From: Octopus bimaculoides | Taxonomy: Eukaryota | Assembly: GCF_001194135.2 (NCBI RefSeq) | Contig: NC_068981.1 | Coordinates: forward strand, 178,783,105 to 178,820,341 | DNA: 37,237 bases | Reading direction: 5' to 3' | In this document: positions 35,024 to 37,237 of the stretch, piece by piece | How positions within the stretch are numbered: position 1 is the first letter of the stretch | Layout of the letters: each line of letters begins with the position of its first letter | Translations under genes and position numbers: made by a program | Notes under the pieces: model-generated | Told to the model about the DNA's origin: nothing | Databases searched by the model: none | The model's input: the letters and a program-made list of their open reading frames with translations, nothing else

Positions 35024-36089
35024 TGTATGTATGTATGTATGTATGCATGCGTGTGTATGTTTGCATATACATACGGTTCAATAAGTTCAATGTACAAATT
35101 CTTGTACCTACTGTCAACTACGTAACTTTACAATAAAAAAAACCACACATGCACACATACACATACACACACGCACACATACATACACGCGTGTATGTAT
35201 GTGTGCTTGTACGTATTTTTGTATGCGCATATATGTTGAGAATAATCCCTCGCTCAGGGATTTCTCACCGCTCCCAGGCAAAGCGCGTAATCTGTCAACT
35301 AGTCTCGTCCACCTATCAATAAAGACGTACATATCGTTGATACAAAAGCCACATAGACACCTTTAGCTACTCTTCTGTGTCATTCAATATGTATTTTACG
35401 ACAAAAATTAACGAATGCAGCAGACCTATTACACAATAGTTTACTCGCCTTTTCACTTTTCTCATTGACTATCACATGACTTCCAGCCATTGCCCAGGAG
35501 ATAGAGTATGCACGGTTCTACAATTTAGAAATGAATTATTCCTGGTTATACAAATATCTCTTAAGTAGTTCTAGTGTGGGAATATAGCTATATCTAACGG
35601 ATTTGTGTTTAGTCTAAGGAAATTCAATCTGAATTAAAACACAGGGGATTGAGTAGATATGCCTGAGACTTGTTGAGGGTATTTTCCCTCTCTGTCTGTC
35701 TATCTGTCTGACTAGCTTTCTGACTGTCTGTTGGTTTATCTGTCTATTTCTCTATCTATCTATCTATCTATCTATCTATTTATCTATTTATCTATCTATC
35801 TATCTTTACCTTTCTACCTCCGTCTCCCATTACCTCTCTCTCACTCTCTTTTTCTCTCTTCTCTCCAGCCACAAATATCTGTCTATCAAAAATGTTTATG
35901 TGGGAAAATGTTTGTTTCATGACTACACGCTTCCGGGTTCGATCCTGCTGCACCTCACTTGTACAAAATTATTTTCTAACAATGCCATTTGACTAAAAAT
36001 TTGTTTAGCGTAAAATTGTGCATAAGCCCGTTGTCTGTATATGTATGAACATATGATGTGAATCGGTGCGTCGAACGAAAATGCATTTT

Positions 36090-36754
36090 AATATTTACGC
36101 CAAGATAGGTGATAGGCAAAATACTTAGTGGCGTTTCATCCGTCTTAACATTGAGTTCAAATTAAACCGAGATCGACTTTGCTTTTAATCTTTTCGGGTT
36201 CGATACAATAAGTACCTGTTGTGTACTGGGCTCGATGTAATCAACTTAGACCCACCCCGAAAGTACTGGCCTTGTGCCAAAATTTGAAACCAATATATAT
36301 TATACTGAGCAAGGCAGTGAACTGGGAGAATCGTTTGTACGCCGGACAAAATGCTTTACGACGTTTCGTCCGTCTTTACAATCTGGGTTCAAATTCCACC
36401 GTAGTTAAATTTCGGGGTCGATAAAATAAGTACCAGTATAACACTGGGGACGAAGTAATCGACTTTCTCCCTCACTCGAAATTGTTGGCCTGTGCCAAAA
36501 TTTATAACCAATATTTATGCTAAGGATGGCAGTGAGCGGGCAGAACCATTAACACACTGGGCAAAATGCTTTACGATATTTCGTCTGTCTTTATAATCGG
36601 AGTTCAAATTCCGCCGAGATCGATTTTGCCTTTCATCCTTTCTGGATCGATAAAATAAGTAGCAGTTGAACACTGGAGTCGATGTAATCGACTCGTCTCC
36701 TCTTCCGACATTGCTGGCCTTGTGCCAAAAATTGAAATCAATATTTACGCCAAG
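36090..36754 (+). mobile_element. Head-to-tail trimer of SINE family B
   Basis: Three units of ~210-230 bp, each with GAGTTCAAAT, the GTCGATAAAATAAGTA core and a GGCCTTGTGCCAAAA tail. Junction motif AATATTTA(C/T)GC(C/T)AAG at 36090, 36510 and 36740. Confidence 0.9.
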
Positions 36755-36917
36755 GAGAACTTAGCCATTCAATAGAAATTGAAAAATAAGCATCAGACTA
36801 AGTACTTGAGTCGATGTAATGGACTCAAAGTCCGCCCTGACCGCAGTCTGATTACTAAAACAAGAAAAAGAAAAGAATGTCAGTATGTTTATAAGCATAT
36901 CCTCCCCTCATTTTCCA

Positions 36918-36988
<71 letters not shown>
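36918..36988. repeat. (TCTA)n microsatellite
   Basis: Directly visible. Confidence 0.97.
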
Positions 36989-37237
36989 TATCATGGACGG
37001 ACGGTAGACACATCGGCTCCGTAAGTTTTGCCTTTTTTGCTTCTAAAAAGTTTGTTTCTCAGTAATATTTTATATACAAAAGCTGTGCAACAACTAACAT
37101 ATTCAGTTGTGCAACTTGTTTGCACGGGAAATCTGCCCTGTGTGGCGAATTCCCCATTTTTGTTAAATTTATTTTCGGCTTTCTTAGCCATTTTATTTTG
37201 AGAATGGCGATTCCAAGCTATGTGACGAACGCCGGTC

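Overview
AT-rich, microsatellite-saturated eukaryotic DNA with 11 assembly gaps. The SINE, microsatellite and transposon landscape strongly resembles octopod cephalopod (Octopus) genomes; that assignment is inferred from repeat appearance, not from a database search. I can support no host protein-coding gene. Nearly all ORFs in the track come from microsatellites, N-gaps or dead transposons. The window is an intronic or intergenic transposon graveyard containing: three tRNA-derived SINE families in many copies (including a nested trio inside one TSD pair and a head-to-tail trimer); an I-group LINE; R4/Dong and RTE LINE fragments; a Penelope-like (Naiad-type) RT fragment; a near full-length DD37D (maT) Tc1/mariner fossil; two copies of a mariner MITE; and two copies of a hAT MITE. 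The most interesting object is a 338-bp GC-richer, highly structured unit (9440-9802) with a 25-bp terminal direct repeat, sitting in a (TA)n tract. It contains a well-formed type I hammerhead ribozyme whose core carries the rare U3-A8 covariant pair, making it a candidate cephalopod retrozyme or Penelope pseudo-LTR.
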